NCBI RefSeq assembly: GCF_009914755.1
Contig: NC_060931.1
From: the human T2T-CHM13v2.0 reference genome, Homo sapiens
Direction: 5' to 3' (one strand)
DNA length: 64,000 bases
Each line of letters begins with the position of its first letter. Position 1 is the stretch's first letter. Positions 39,581-54,210 of the stretch are shown here, piece by piece. The translations under genes were made by a program, and so were the position numbers. Below the pieces are notes generated by a model. The model saw only the letters and a program-made list of their open reading frames with translations. It was not told the origin of the DNA and did not search any database.

Positions 39581-39922
39581 TTTTTTTTGTTTTTTGGGGT
39601 TGTTTTGGTTTGTTTGTGTGTTTGTTTTTTGAGACAGTCTTCCTCTGTTGCCCAGGCTGCAGTGCAGTGGCACAATCTCTGCTCACTGCACCCTCCACCT
39701 CGCAGTCTCAAGTGATCCTCCAACCTCAGCATCCTGAGTAGCTGAGACTACAGGTGCGCAAAACCACGCCCAGCTAATTTTTGTATTTTTCGCAGAGAGA
39801 GGGTTTCACCATGTCTCTACAAAAAATTGGTTAGGCTGGTCTCGAACTCCTGGGCTCAAGCACTCCTCCCACCTCGGCCTCCCAAAGTGCTGGGATTACA
39901 GGTGTGAGCCACCGCACCAAGC
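39581..39922 (-). mobile_element. AluJ
   Basis: Antisense dimer with T-rich tail. Confidence 0.88.
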
Positions 39923-40057
39923 CTTTATTTGTATTTTGAGGCAAGATTGCTTCATGGTTAAGAGGCATGGGCTGAATGACCAGGCCTGTGTATGTTTGTT
40001 AACCTCTCTGAGCCTTAGTTTTCTCATATGTAGAATTTAGGTAATTTATTAACATCT

Positions 40058-40520
40058 ATATCAGTTAGGTTCTAACCAGGAAAAAAGAAACCACTCTAGG
40101 CATTTCAAAGAGGGCATTTAATATGTGGAACTGGTTCCCTAGGTGAGGGAAGAGTGGGGAAGCTAAATGGGATGGTGAGATGACCTGGATACGAGCTGCA
40201 GCAGGAAGCCACCACCATCCGTAGGGCTGCAGGGACAACCAGACAGAGCAGGTGGTGACAGCAGAGCCCAAAAGCCAGGGCTACTGGGCACTGGGTCCAT
40301 AGGGGAGACACAGCTGCTCCTGGAGTCAGCACTGGCATCAGCACAGGAAAGGGATAAATGCCCTCACATCTTCCCTCTTCCTGCCCTCCAGCCTCTGCCA
40401 GCGCCTCTTATTGGCTGAACCTAATGAGAAGCCAGGGAGCCTGGGAAATGTGATGGCTGTGGTACAGAGCAGAGCAGGAAAAGGGCAGAGATGGACCTGA
40501 GAGCAAATGAGCAATTCACC
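40058..40520 (-). mobile_element. LTR33-like ERVL LTR inserted in a MIR
   Basis: TATATCAGTTAGGTTCTAACCAGGAAAAAAGAAACCACTCTAGG ... ATTTAATATGTGGAACTGGTT; MIR halves on both sides. Confidence 0.6.
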
Positions 40521-42867
40521 AGCTCAAGACCTCACTGGGCTGTCATGAGATTTAAATGGGTTACACATGTGCTGAGCACTCCCCGCCGGCACGTCATGGT
40601 GCTTAATGAAAGTTATTATTGTTATTATATGTAACAGGCCCTGGGCTGGACATGGGTAACAGAAAAGACGTAGACTCTACTACCAAGTAGCAACCAGTCA
40701 AATCACTGTAGCCCATTTGTTTTTTAGCAATGACCCATTCCGTGGGCCTCTAGTGTGAACCTTCTAGCAGTCTTTATCCCCCCATATTGATACAGGTGAC
40801 CAACTTCGGAGTATGCATATCAACCATCAGCATCAATGGTGACCAAGAAAAACAGGCTAACATTGACCTATAAGTGTTTACTCTTCCAGAATAAAAGGGG
40901 TCCTTAAAAATGCAAAATATTTTATGTAAGATACAAAATGATCTGTCAATAAAACAGGCACTGACTCCATCATCTTACCTGATAAAGGATTGATTTAGTG
41001 AGTGTGTCATTTATGCAGCTGATTGCGTGTCTAGCTTTAAGGTATTTGATGATTTCCTAAAAAGACAATGGCTTTACAACTAGAAGCCCATTTTAAGAAA
41101 GATTTTCTCAAATCAGAGAGGTTCCTCACACGGATGACATGAAACCTTGGATGAAGCGTTCATGAGTCTGGTCACGAGCAGAGTCAACGGGTGCTGCCAA
41201 TTAGAGGCCAGGAAATCTTGTCTCTCCATCTCTTCATTTTTATCCCTGGCCTTGGAGTCGCCAAATATTAGTTCTGGAATCCAAAAAACACATTCGCGTG
41301 CCTAACATGTAGAAATTACTCCAAACCACCAATGCCAATTACTGCTAATATTCATAGCTAATAGAAAGATAAAGTGGAAATTGAGATAGTGACTTCACCC
41401 TGGCAGTTGGGCCCAGCTACACCAGGAAAGCACTGGCTATTCCTTGGCTTCTCATCCTGTCTCTATCTACTCAAGGAGATACAGAAAATTGGCTGTGAGG
41501 AAAAATTATACTCTTTACTGTTGGAGTAATAATGCTATCTTAAATATCAAGCATCCTGGAGCATTTTAATTAGGTGGGAAGATACCAGAAGGCATCATCT
41601 GTATCTTCTGTAGGACGACTAAATGAAATAGCTGGGAGCTTTAAGTTCATCTTTAAAGAACATGAATGAAAATAATATTTTATATGGAGAAATAAAGGGG
41701 AAAGATGGAGTGAGATCCCAAAAATTACACATAAAATTGAGCTGGATTAATGGTCTCTTTCCTATACAAAGTGAATTGGTTTGACAGCTCAATGAGTCAG
41801 AAGTCACCATAGGTTTAAGACAATGGAATGACTTTGCCATTCTCAATGCTGATCAAAAACCTTTCAAAAAGCATATTTCCTGGACACAACAAATTTCATT
41901 CTAATTTTGTTTCCTGGTTCTGTCTTTCTGATCCTCGGTATAAATGATGTCACCATTCCCATTAGTTAGGCATGAGGTACTGCCAACCCATAATTACAAA
42001 TGCCTCCCCCCGGCATTCTGTTACATTGAGCTGTCAGTGAGTTTCATCTCCAAATTGTAATGGCACTATTTGCTTTATTTGGTCTTAGGTGATGTAGGAT
42101 GGATGCCCTTCTAAACAGCATGTGCATTTAAGATGGCAGAGCAAGAATGATTTATATGGGGAATAACTCCTTAGTCTGTCAAAGACCTGGCAGAATCTTT
42201 CTGGGAAACTAATTGCAGCCAGTTCCTTCCCCAGCTCGGAGGTGAACTATTGGCATCTCTGCCAGCCATCATAAGATACAATCTACCAGCCATAAGAAGA
42301 GAGGAAACCAGATCTCTCATTCTCAACACTGGTACATGCCTGATAATGCTGTTTCTCAAAAGCCAATTATTGAGATTTAAATGTCCCCTATACAAACATT
42401 CACCATTTTCTTTTGATCCTACAAAAATCACATCACCTTTCTGAACTACTTATGGTGCATACAAAAATCATTTTTACTCTACAGTCATGCTGTGAGCTGC
42501 TGTGAATGTCAGGTCTGTGATGCCCCTGTATTCTCATAAAGGGCATAGAGCGGGCTGAGAATTCAATGGGAAAGGGTAAGGAAATTATCTGTCCTCAACA
42601 TCAGAGACGCTTTGCCCTGAGTTCAGAGTTGTCCTGTCCACTGAATGTTCTCCCTACTCTCCTTATCATGGTTCCTTCTCCTTTGCTTCTTCTCCTGGAC
42701 CACTGTTTGAATGAGATACACACTGAACTCCTTGTTTGTCCTCTAACGCCACAAAACCAAGGCTAAAGAAAGGGGCACAGTGCAGAACATGTCTCCCTGG
42801 AAGACCCAGAGATGTCCCAACATCCCTGGGAGAGGCCCAAATCCAATCTTGTCTCATTATCCAGACC

Positions 42868-43205
42868 AGTAGTTATCAGTGGGGGTGACTGTCCTTCAGG
42901 AAACATTTGCAATGTCTGAAGACATTTTTAGCTGCTACAACTGGGGGTAAAGGGCATTACTGGCATCTAGCGGATGGAAACCAGGGATTCTGCTAAACAT
43001 CCTACTATGCACAGAACAGGCCCCATAGCAAAGAACTGTCTGACCCCAAATGTGAATAGTGCTGGGGCGCCTATAGTCCCAGCTACTTGGGAGGCTGAAG
43101 TAAGAGGATCACTTTAGCCCAGAGAGTTTGGGGCTGCCCTGGGTAACAAAGCAAGACTCCATCTCTTTTTAAAAAGTCAGTAATGCCAAAGTTGAGAAAC
43201 CCTGA
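42868..43205 (+). mobile_element. MER20 with a FLAM-type Alu monomer inserted (about 43066-43175)
   Basis: CAGTAGTTATCAG ... ACATTTGCAATGTCTGAAGACATTTTT ... GTTGAGAAACCCTG. Confidence 0.85.
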
Positions 43206-45291
43206 TCTAGATTTTAATCAAGGAGAGGGTTTAGGCAAGTAGCTCTCTCTTCCAGTTGGCACCAATCCCGCATGGAAGCCACACCCCAGGCAGAAGCTCT
43301 GTTTAGGCCCCACATTTGCCTGATTCAGCACATCACACTTTAATCATGTAATTCAATTTTTCCTAATTTTTTTAATGTTATTTAGGCCCTTTAATATAAT
43401 TTGGCAAGCTATTATAGTTGTTACAGCTGCTAGTTCTGCCCTCAATACTGATTTCACTTATGACCTCAGCTGGAATAAGATTTAAAGTTTGAGATGATGT
43501 AAGTGAATAAGGATTATTAGATTTATTCGTATGGCAATTTAAATAAGAAACTGCCTGGCTTAGAATAAGTGGTAAATGAAAAATGCTAGTGATTTATAGA
43601 CCTGTCCATTTTAAAGATTTATATGATGTGTGGGATGATTAAGTAAGAGACAGGCCTGATTATATGAAATATGTAATTTTTGTAAATGCGATATTGGAAG
43701 CAAGCTGCTAAACAGTGCTGCATAGCAACTCTCGGCTAAGCCATTTTTATTACACAATTATTATAAACTGGTATGCAGAGTCATGTGTGAATTACACACA
43801 GAGTCCTTGCTCTAATTCTTTTTAGCTGGATGGGAGCATGTTCATAGGAAATGCATCTAAAACTTCAGCCTTGAAACATCAGTCCCATTGGTACCCCAAA
43901 AGGCAGGGCAGACTGGGGATTTCAGACCTGCATCAGTGACTGTCAGGCTTTGAGCAATGCTCTCCTTCATAAAGGGCATGGCCACCATGCCCAGGTCTCA
44001 GCACTTCAACTTATGAAATGGAGATGCTCCATCTGTCATATTTTAGTGATACACTTTAGGGAAAAACGACAGCAGTCAGAAAAAGAAACGTAAGACATCG
44101 TGACATAGTTTCCTTCCCTCAGTTCAAATACTCCCCTCATCAAGGTAGCACATAGTACCTGAAAACTCAGAGAGCCCAGGGTGATTCACCCAACTCAGGT
44201 CAGGTTGCTGCCCCCTTTCCAGAGCCTCAGAATCCTGTGGAGAGAGTTGAGACCAGGCGCCTCCCTGAGGTTTTGGATATAGTCCCAAAGTCAGCCCTAG
44301 GATTGCCATAGAGGAATGAGCGATGGTTCAGTTCTTATCTATCTCTCAGGAGTGGAGAATATGTAAGCAATGTTAATATTTAAGTTATTTTGACAACTGC
44401 TTGGTACAAACAAAAAACAGAACAAAGCACCTGTCTTAGGAGAGTAGAGAGACCTGGTAGTAGTCAGATTTCTTCCAGAAACTGAGTGTAGGACTTGGTA
44501 AGGTAAATTGCCTGCCTCTTTAAACTCAGAGTTGTTAGAACTCCTTTAGCCACATCTCAGGGCTGGTAGGAGGGGTTAAGGGGATAAATGAAAGGAGAGC
44601 CCTTTCGAAAGCATAGGGCAAAGCTTCAGAAGACAAAATGGAGGTCAAAGCAGAAGCAGGAAACACCGTCATTCAACAGACATTTATGGCGGCCCTGGAA
44701 CCCTGCTAGGGCCTAGGGTTGCCAAGAGGGGCAAGCCACCAAGCTCTGGGACGCCCAGGGCTGAGTGTGAGGATGATCTAAACTCTAAATCTGCAGTGTT
44801 TACACAACAGATTAAGTGCTGAGGGTGAGCTTAATTCAGCTGGGGGGTGGGGGCTGTGGTAACAAAGTAGAAAACTTCACAGAAGAAATAACATTTAAAC
44901 CAGCTCTTACAGAATGTGGAAGAATTAGAGAAACAGAAAGAAGCTTCTAGTCCACCCAGATGTAGAACCAAACTGCCCCTGAGCCCACCGTGAGAAGGAG
45001 AGGAAAATTACCAGCATGCATTCGGTTTGATATCAGGAACCGGAAACACACATTCAAGCTTGTGGAGGAGAGTGACAGAATGTTCTGCGGGTCTCGAAAC
45101 TTCCAAGGCCGGTAGGGATCAGAAACTCTTAAATTCTTGAAATTTAGTATCCATCATAAAATATGTGGAATTGTTAATGAATTATAACAATTATACTTCT
45201 TTCTCTGATAGAATGTGTAATTTACTAATCAAATATAATATTAACTTTTAGCATGCCCATGAGTTTTAATAAATAATCCCCAATATAGTGA

Positions 45292-45590
45292 TTTTATTTT
45301 TATTTACTTATCTATTTTATAAAAACAGGGTCTCCTTCTGTCACCCAGGCTGGAGTGCTGTGGTGCAATCATAGCCTTGAACTGCTGGGCTCAAGTGACC
45401 TTCCCACCTCTGCCTCCCAAGTAGCTAGTATAGGCATGTGCCACCACACTTGGCTAATGTTTAAAAATTGTTTCTAGACATGGGGTCTCACTGTGTGCCC
45501 AGGATGGTCTCAAATTCCTGGCCTCAAGCGATCCTCCCTCCTCAGCCTCCAAAAACACTGGGTTTACAGGAGTGAGCCACCGTGCCCAGC
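45292..45590 (-). mobile_element. AluJ
   Basis: TSD CAA(T/C)ATAGTGATTTTA at 45281 and 45591. Confidence 0.9.
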
Positions 45591-45757
45591 CAACATAGTG
45601 ATTTTAATAAGATAAGTATTTTATTTGACTTAAACAGTAAATGTTTTGGTCCAGAGTCCTGATAAACTGATTAGTATTTCTGAAAGATGCATGCTGCCCA
45701 TCTTCATTAAATGTGATAGCATGAAGACAGAATTTTATTTAAGCCAAATGAATTGCT

Positions 45758-46037
45758 GTTTTGTTTTGTTTTGTGTTGTTTTTGAGACATAGTCTCATTC
45801 CATCACCCAGGACTACAACCTCCACCTCTTGGGTTCAAGTGACTCTGATGCCTCAGCCTCCCCAATAACTGGGCTTACAAGCGCACACCACTATGCCCGG
45901 ATAATTTTTGTATTTTTAGTAGAGATGAGACTTTACCATGTTGGCCAGGCTGGTCTTGAACTCCTGGGCTCATGTGATCTGCCCGCCTCAGCCTCCCAAA
46001 GTGCTGAGATTAGAGGCATGAGCCACTGCACCTGGCC
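45758..46037 (-). mobile_element. Alu with ~30-bp right-arm deletion
   Basis: CACCCAGG joined directly to ACTACAACCTCC. Confidence 0.85.
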
Positions 46038-46849
46038 ATTTGAATTGATTTTTTTAAATTCAAAAATATCTAATCTGTTAGCTCAAAATTTATTTTAATA
46101 ACCCCAAAATCTATGTCCAGTTTCTCCAAGATGAAGGCAATAACAAAAGGAACCCACACTGTCAAATTATGGCTATCTGCACTCAGAAAAGAGAAATATT
46201 TTTAGTTGCCAACTGAAGACATTGCATGGAGCAAAAATTATAGGTCAAAAGAGAGAAGAGCAAATTAAATAATAAGATGCATTTGTTTGAACTTCATCCT
46301 CATTCCTTTTTTAAAACCTACTTATCAGAGAAAGGTAGGGTTTAGATTTATTTCCTAACTACTACATTAATAGATACCCTAACACTTTCCTGATCAGTTT
46401 TATGAATTGATTAATAAGGCAATCATGGTTTGGGAAAGCTTTTATATGCCACCTGATATTGATGCCATCTATAAAAAGACAACCAACCGAGCACCTGATA
46501 TCCAGTAAAGGCAGGTTCAAAAATTGCAGTCTTAGAAAGATAATGGAGTGACCATGACCTCAAGTACTTTGAGCCAAATAGCAACTGTCAACTCCTGATA
46601 GCAGTATTTGACCTCAGAGGCACGTGACAGCAACCAACCTGAAACAGCCATTTTCTCAAATTCTGTTAAGGATAATAAACCATGATAGGGGAAATCACCT
46701 GCCCTAGTAAGGAAACCTCTTGTAATCAATGACCTAGAAACGGGCACCATGATTTGAGCAGAAAGCAGGTGGAGGAACTGCGGGAATGTGCTGCTTTATA
46801 TTGAGGGTCCACTAGATTTTGGCACGGTTGTTTTTGTTGTAGTTATTTT

Positions 46850-47650
46850 GCTTTGTTTTGATCATTTTTAGTTCATCTCCTGAAAAATCTCAACATACAT
46901 AAAAGTAGACAGAACAGCATGATAAGCCACCATCTACCGACCAGGCAGCTCCAACAATTACCAAGGCAGTGGTGCCACTCTCGTTCCCTCTATACTCAGA
47001 CATCATATCATCTCATCCGTAAATTTGAAATAAATATTTAAGTGCATATTTCTAAAATATTTACATACACATTTCTAAAAATAAAGACCTTTTAAAAACC
47101 AATCCAAAACCATTATCACTACTAAAAAAAATTGACCAGGTGTGGTGGCTCATGCCTGTAATCCCCGCACTTTGGGAGGCCATGGCAAGCAGATTGCCTG
47201 AGAAAAGACCATCCTGGGCAACAGAGTGAGGTCCTGTCTCAAAAAGAAAAAAAAAAACAAAAAAGACGACTAAAAATTAACCATAAGTCTTTAATTGTAT
47301 CAAGTGTCCAGTCAATGTTTACTTTTCCCAGTTGTCTCCTAAATGGACCTGTCCACATGTGGCAGTTGGCTGCCATCCCATTGACATTATTTTAATCTGA
47401 GGTTCCCTCCCCACACACTTTTTCTGGCTATTCCCTTACTGAAGACATTGAGTCATTTGTTCTAGGGGTTCCCACGTTCTGGGCTGTGCCGCCTGTGCCC
47501 TATTGTTTTCTGAGAAGTGGTAGTTACACGGAGGCTTGAATAGATATGGGCTTGATGTTTTGACAGGACAGCTTTACTGGAGGGGTCATGTTCCTCCACC
47601 AGAAGTGCCATGTCTCCTTTCATGATGTTATTGGCCATTATGATCAATGG
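46850..47650 (-). mobile_element. Old L1 (L1MC4/5-like) 3' relic with an Alu monomer at 47133-47265
   Basis: AAAAGTAGACAGAACAGCATGATAAGCCACC; CAAGTGTCCAGTCAATGTTTACTTTTCCCAGTTGTCTC. Confidence 0.55.
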
Positions 47651-48054
47651 GCTCTGATAATATAATATAAGCTGTTAGAAGAAAACCATTGAACCAAAAC
47701 ATTCAGAAGGTTTTGTTTAAAAAAAAAACACACTAAAATCCTTTTTCTCTGTGGTAGGCACTGTGTTTTCCTGCACATAGCACCTCATTTAATCATTCTA
47801 ACACCCTCATGAGGTGCTGATGGGAGCAGATTTGAACCCAGCCAGTGAGCCTCCAAAGCTCATTCTCTTAGCTACCACAGAAGCAGATCGCCTTGAGAGT
47901 CTTATCTTATGGGCCGGCTGCAAAGGAGAAGCCCCTTTTGACTTAGGTAGCATGAATAACTGAAAGAGGTAGAAGTGAAGCAGTAACCAAAAAAATGGTT
48001 GAATCTTAAAACACAAGGTATACATTCCTATAAGACTGATCAAAACACCAAGTG

Positions 48055-48335
48055 GGCCAGACACGGTGGCTCATGCTTGTAATCCCAGCACTTTGGGAGG
48101 CCGAGGCAGGTGGATCACCTGTGGTCAGGAGTTGGAGACCAGCTTGGCCAACACAGCTTAACCCCGTCTCCACTAAAAATACAAAAATTAGCTGGGTGTG
48201 GTGGCAGGTGCCTGTAGTCCCAGCTACTTAGGAGGCTGAGGCAGAAGAATTGCTTGAACCTGGAAGGCAAAGGTTGCAGTGAGCCAAGATAATACCACTC
48301 CAGCCTGGGCAACAGAGAGAGATTCCGTTTCAAAA
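48055..48335 (+). mobile_element. AluS
   Basis: Dimer with short A tail. Confidence 0.9.
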
Positions 48336-48960
48336 AGTGACTGTTTATTAACTGGCGAACGCAATCATCTGAAGGGCGTGTCATCTGACAGAGGAGGCAA
48401 GTTGGACTGCAGTCACAGTGTCATCTTGGTACAGGCATGGAAACAGAGGCTGAGGAGGTCCCAGACAACCTTCATCAAATAGGGCTGAAATAGCACTCCG
48501 AATGTCACCAAAGTGAGTAGAAGCCATGATGCTCTGTTTAAAGTTTGCTCTGCCCTTTGCTCAAATCAACTTAGAGTTATGTTACCCACTCTTGGTGGGA
48601 AGGGTTGCCAAAATTAGAGTCATTTCATTAATCTCCCAGGCCAGGGAGAGGTGGTTATATATCACTCCAGGTTACGTTGGCAGCAGGATAATCATTGCAT
48701 TTCCGTAGTGCATAAAGCAGTATTTCTTTCCATTCATTTGCTATCAGAGTCTCTATAAAAACACCTTAGAACTAAAATATGTTTCTCGGTCCTTTAGATT
48801 TTAACAAGACTTCCTTCAAGACGAATATTTTTGAAAAATTCCAAAGTATGAAAAGTATGGAAGCTTCATTTCAAAGGACATCTCTAAACAAATTTTTTAA
48901 ATTAATATTTTTACAAAATGATTGTCTCATTCCTAACAGGGGAAGGCACCTTGTGATTAA

Positions 48961-49067
48961 AAGGAAGAAGAAGAGAGGGAAAGGGAGAAGGAAAGATGGA
49001 ACACAGGAAGAAGAAAGGAAGGAAGGGAAGGAAGGAGGAAGGGAGGGAAGGAGGGAGAGAGGGAAAA
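48961..49067. repeat. Purine-rich (GGAA/GGGA) low-complexity tract
   Basis: Nearly pure G/A for about 105 bp. Confidence 0.9.
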
Positions 49068-49096
49068 AATGGCTTAAAATATTTAGAATGTATTTA

Positions 49097-49559
<463 letters not shown>

Positions 49560-49841
49560 CTAGATCTTTCTCTCTCAGTTCACTGTAAATCACTGTGTAT
49601 TTGTTTAGGATTCTAAATAGACCATAGGTAATTTATAAGTTCTCATGGAATCTTCTGAACTTTTTTAATGGTGTTTACCAACAAGAAACTGTGTCATATA
49701 GTAGAGATTTCTGTAAGCTGTCCTCTGAAACAGTATTCCTTCCCAATTACTTTTTAAAACAATGTGAAATCCATTATGTTTGATACAAAAAAAAAATTCT
49801 AAAAAATTGAGTGAGGTATTAAAAAAAAAAAAAAGATCTAT

Positions 49842-50145
49842 GGCCAGGAGCAGTGGCTCACACCTATAGTTCTAACACCAGGAGGCTGAGGTGGGAGGAT
49901 CCATCGTGATCAGGAGTTCAAGACCAGCCTGGGCAACATAGGCAGACCCTCCCCACCTCCCCCACATCTCAACTAAAAAAAAAAGTAGCCGGGCATGGTG
50001 GCACACACACCTGCAGTCCTAGTTACTTGGGAGGCTATGGTGGGAGGCTTGCTGGAGCCAGGGAGTTCCAGGCTGCAGTGATCTGTGATCTCACCATTGC
50101 ACTCCAGCCAGGGCAACAGAGCAAGATCCTGTCTCAAAAAAAAAA
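49842..50145 (+). mobile_element. AluJ (diverged)
   Basis: Dimer; flanks AAGATCTA. Confidence 0.85.
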
Positions 50146-50499
50146 TTAAAATTTTCTTAAAAACTAGCAACAAGATCTAGAAGTGAATGTACTGTAAAAT
50201 AAAAATCAGAGTAAGGGAATAAAGTCAAGAGACTTGCGCTATCATCATTTTACAGCTGTTACTGGCAGGAATAAATTGTTTACATTGCCCAGTTCCACAT
50301 CTTTGATTCTTCCAGCTCACATAACTCATTATTTTACAAGGTGTTTCTGTAACAACTCACTAAACAGTAGTCCTTGCAAACAGTTCTGCTGCTCTGTAAT
50401 CCAAGATTTTGGATAACATAATTTTAACATAAACATAATTTCAATAAAACTAAAGAGCTCTTTACTGTGCACTGAACAAACTACTCAGGCAGTAGAGGT

Positions 50500-50665
50500 C
50501 TCGCCAACAATGCAACAGACAAAGCAAAGCCGGGATGGCTCAGGCAGGGGGCGCGCGGATCACTCACTGCAGACAAAGGGAGAAGGACCCGACGCGCCCA
50601 CACCGCCCGCGCATGCCCTGTGCCCGCGGGATCAGGTGTAGCGGGGTAACAGTTGAAAGCGCACA
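50500..50665. promoter_or_regulatory. Small CpG cluster with CTCF-like and NRF1-like motifs
   Basis: About 14 CpGs in ~135 bp; CTCAGGCAGGGGGCGCGC at 50539-50556; CGCGCATGCCC at 50608-50618. Confidence 0.5.
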
Positions 50666-50870
50666 GACAGCTGGAGTTAGCTGGAGTAGCCCTGCTACTC
50701 AAGCTGTGTGGTTTGGGGCAAGTTGAGTAATCCTTCTTAGCCTCGGTTTTCCCATCTGCCGCATGAAGAAAATGCCACCTTGCAGAGTTACTGTGAGGAC
50801 TAAAGAGATAACCCACATACATCTTCTTAGTTCTGCTGTCGATGCTCAATAATAAATGGTATCTGTTATT
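50650..50870 (+). mobile_element. MIR
   Basis: GCTGTGTGGTTTGGGGCAAGTTGAGTAATCCTTCTTAGCCTCGGTTTTCCCATCTG. Confidence 0.75.
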
Positions 50871-51953
50871 ACCATATGCCATCCCAGCTCCCATCATCAT
50901 CCCCAATAGGCAAGGGACATCACCACAGTGACACAGCTGTGCTTAGACCAAGGATGCAGAGAATTAAATGGAAATAAATTGAAATAATACCCATCCCTCT
51001 TTAGATGCTCTTCTAGAATTTGGGCTGTCTGGAAGTGGGCTACTGTAAGTGGGTTATCCACTCATGTGCCTAATCCTGCCTGTGTATTCAAGGCTCCCTT
51101 CCTCTGTTCAGGCAAGAATAGAAATTGGAATCTGTGAGTAGTAAGTGAAGACGAGTCTAGAAAAAGCAGCATGGGGTGAATGGAGCCACCACACTGTTCA
51201 GTGGCAGAAAGTCTGAATAGACAGCTCCAAGCTCAGAACCATCCACAATTTCATTATTAGGCTTAACATTCTGTGTTAATCAATCCATCCTAAAACCCCC
51301 ACCTCTGAGGCAGACACAGAGGCCAAATATAACACAACCCACATACCATCCAATTCAGGATGTTGTTCAAATATTGATGAGTTTCAAACCCTCTAACAAT
51401 ATAAAGTATTATAAGCCACATCTAAAAACCAAACTTGACCTTGGAGGGAGAAAACAGCCAAAGACAGATATGTATTATATAAATTTCCTTTCTGAAGCTA
51501 CAGGGAAATGTCAAATCATCACAGTTTATTTATTTTACTTTTTTTCTTCCCCAAAAAAGGAAAAGGAAAATTCTGGAATTTAAAAAATCAAAGAGAATAA
51601 AAATACAACAGTACATTCTATTGTTCTCCAGGTCCAAAAGTACATGCATATACTTAGCTGGCGAAAGAAAGAAAGGAAGGAAGGAAGGAAAGGAGGGAAA
51701 GAAAAGAAAAGAAAAGAAAAGAGACTTTGACAAAGAAAGGCATTTCCCTGGGAATATTCTACCTCTGGGAGGACAGTGGTCAGGCATTTCTTCTATCTTG
51801 CTATTCCTTGAGCACAGTCCTGCCAAATATCCTCCTTTCACCATTTGCAGTTACCATGAGAAAACCACAGAGAAAGCTCTGGACAGCCATGGAGTCTTAG
51901 CTGGATCTACAATAAAAGGAGTCAGGTACCCTCCCACCTTCCCAGAAAGACTG

Positions 51954-52878
<925 letters not shown>

Positions 52879-53904
52879 ACTATGACATGGGATAAAAGTA
52901 AACTTCTACATGCAGATGAATTTGGTAGGCTCAGAAACATATACATAATTAACACAAGATTAAGTGTCCGTAATGGATATTTGGGGAGGGGGCAGAGGGA
53001 AAACAATCATAAGACACAGGAAAGCTCAGGGATATAAAACAGCTCAGGGAACACGTGCCCCTTTGAGAAGGCAACTTTCTGCTTCTCTGCTGTGTCCGGG
53101 AGTTCAGAGTCTCAACCACATACAGTTCTTAAGGACCACCTGATACAACTGAAAAGACCTTGGAGCTGATGCAACCTCTTCCCACGGGGTGCCTGCCACA
53201 GAGATGAGTGCCTGGAGTGGCTGTCACCTCCAGGGAACTCTGAGTGGGCCAAGGAAGGAAGTCATCCCCTCCTCCATTCAACTCATTAATCACAGCTGTT
53301 AGGTAAAGAGCCCCTAGGGGTTCCCACAGTATAGCAATAGCCTTTCCCTACCTACAGCCAAGCCTAGTCCAAAGGTCTTGGAGGCCCTGGGGCTCTTGGT
53401 CAGGGCCAGCCTCCCAGGCTCTGTTCAGTATGACTGTAAGAGTGATAAGAATCTCTCTGCGCAAAAGTTCCTTCTTCCACACCCCCCAAATGCACAACAC
53501 CCATCTTCCCAGGCTAAATGCTCCAGAGTTCTATCTTTGAATTGCCCTGTCCAGAAACCTCCTTTAAAATGCAAATACACATAATAGAGATTTTGAAAAA
53601 GCACTTTAGCTTATACCAGTTCTCTAAGGAGATAGGAGGCTGGGGGAAGAGGCAGGAAGGAAAACTGCCTAGGAAGGGGCAGTCTAAGTAGGGGTCCAGG
53701 AGAGGCGCTGAGCAACCCAGGAGAGCAGGCTGACTCTGAGGTTGAAGGGGGGATTCAGTGGAAAGTGATTTCTTTAAAAAGGAACATCCAGCGTGAGACT
53801 TAGACCCTGGCTAACGTCCAGAAGGATCTAGAATAGGATGGGGAGTCCTCTTACAGTGATCATTTCATTCTCGCATAATTTGTCCTATTTTCAATGATCT
53901 AGAT

Positions 53905-54202
53905 CAGGGCTTGGCAATCTATGGCCTGCAGCCAAGTCTGGTCCAGCATCTGTTTTGTACCTATAAGCTAAAAATGGTTTTTACCTTTTTAAATGATGGG
54001 AAATCAAAAGAAAAATAATATTTCATGACAAAAAAATTATGTGAAATTCACATCTTACTGCCCATAAGCAAAGTTTTATTGGAACAGAGTCATGCCCATT
54101 CTTTTACATGTTGTCTATAGTTGCCTTCTGCTGTAAGATATTTCCACAAAGCCTAAAATATTTACTGCCTGGCCCTTTACAGAAAAAGCATCTGAATCCA
54201 TG
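53905..54202 (+). mobile_element. MER58B-like (hAT-Charlie)
   Basis: CAGGGCTTGGCAATCTATGGCC ... GGCCCTTTACAGAAAAAG; perfect 8-bp TSD ATCTAGAT at 53897-53904 and 54203-54210. Confidence 0.88.
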
Positions 54203-54210
54203 ATCTAGAT

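Noticed and set aside
50481-50906. 141-aa minus-strand ORF over the CpG cluster
   Set aside because: Over half is MIR-derived; no known domain and no supporting splice structure
51660-51722. GGAA-rich tract as a possible ETS-fusion response microsatellite
   Set aside because: Only about 4 consecutive GGAA units; ordinary low-complexity sequence
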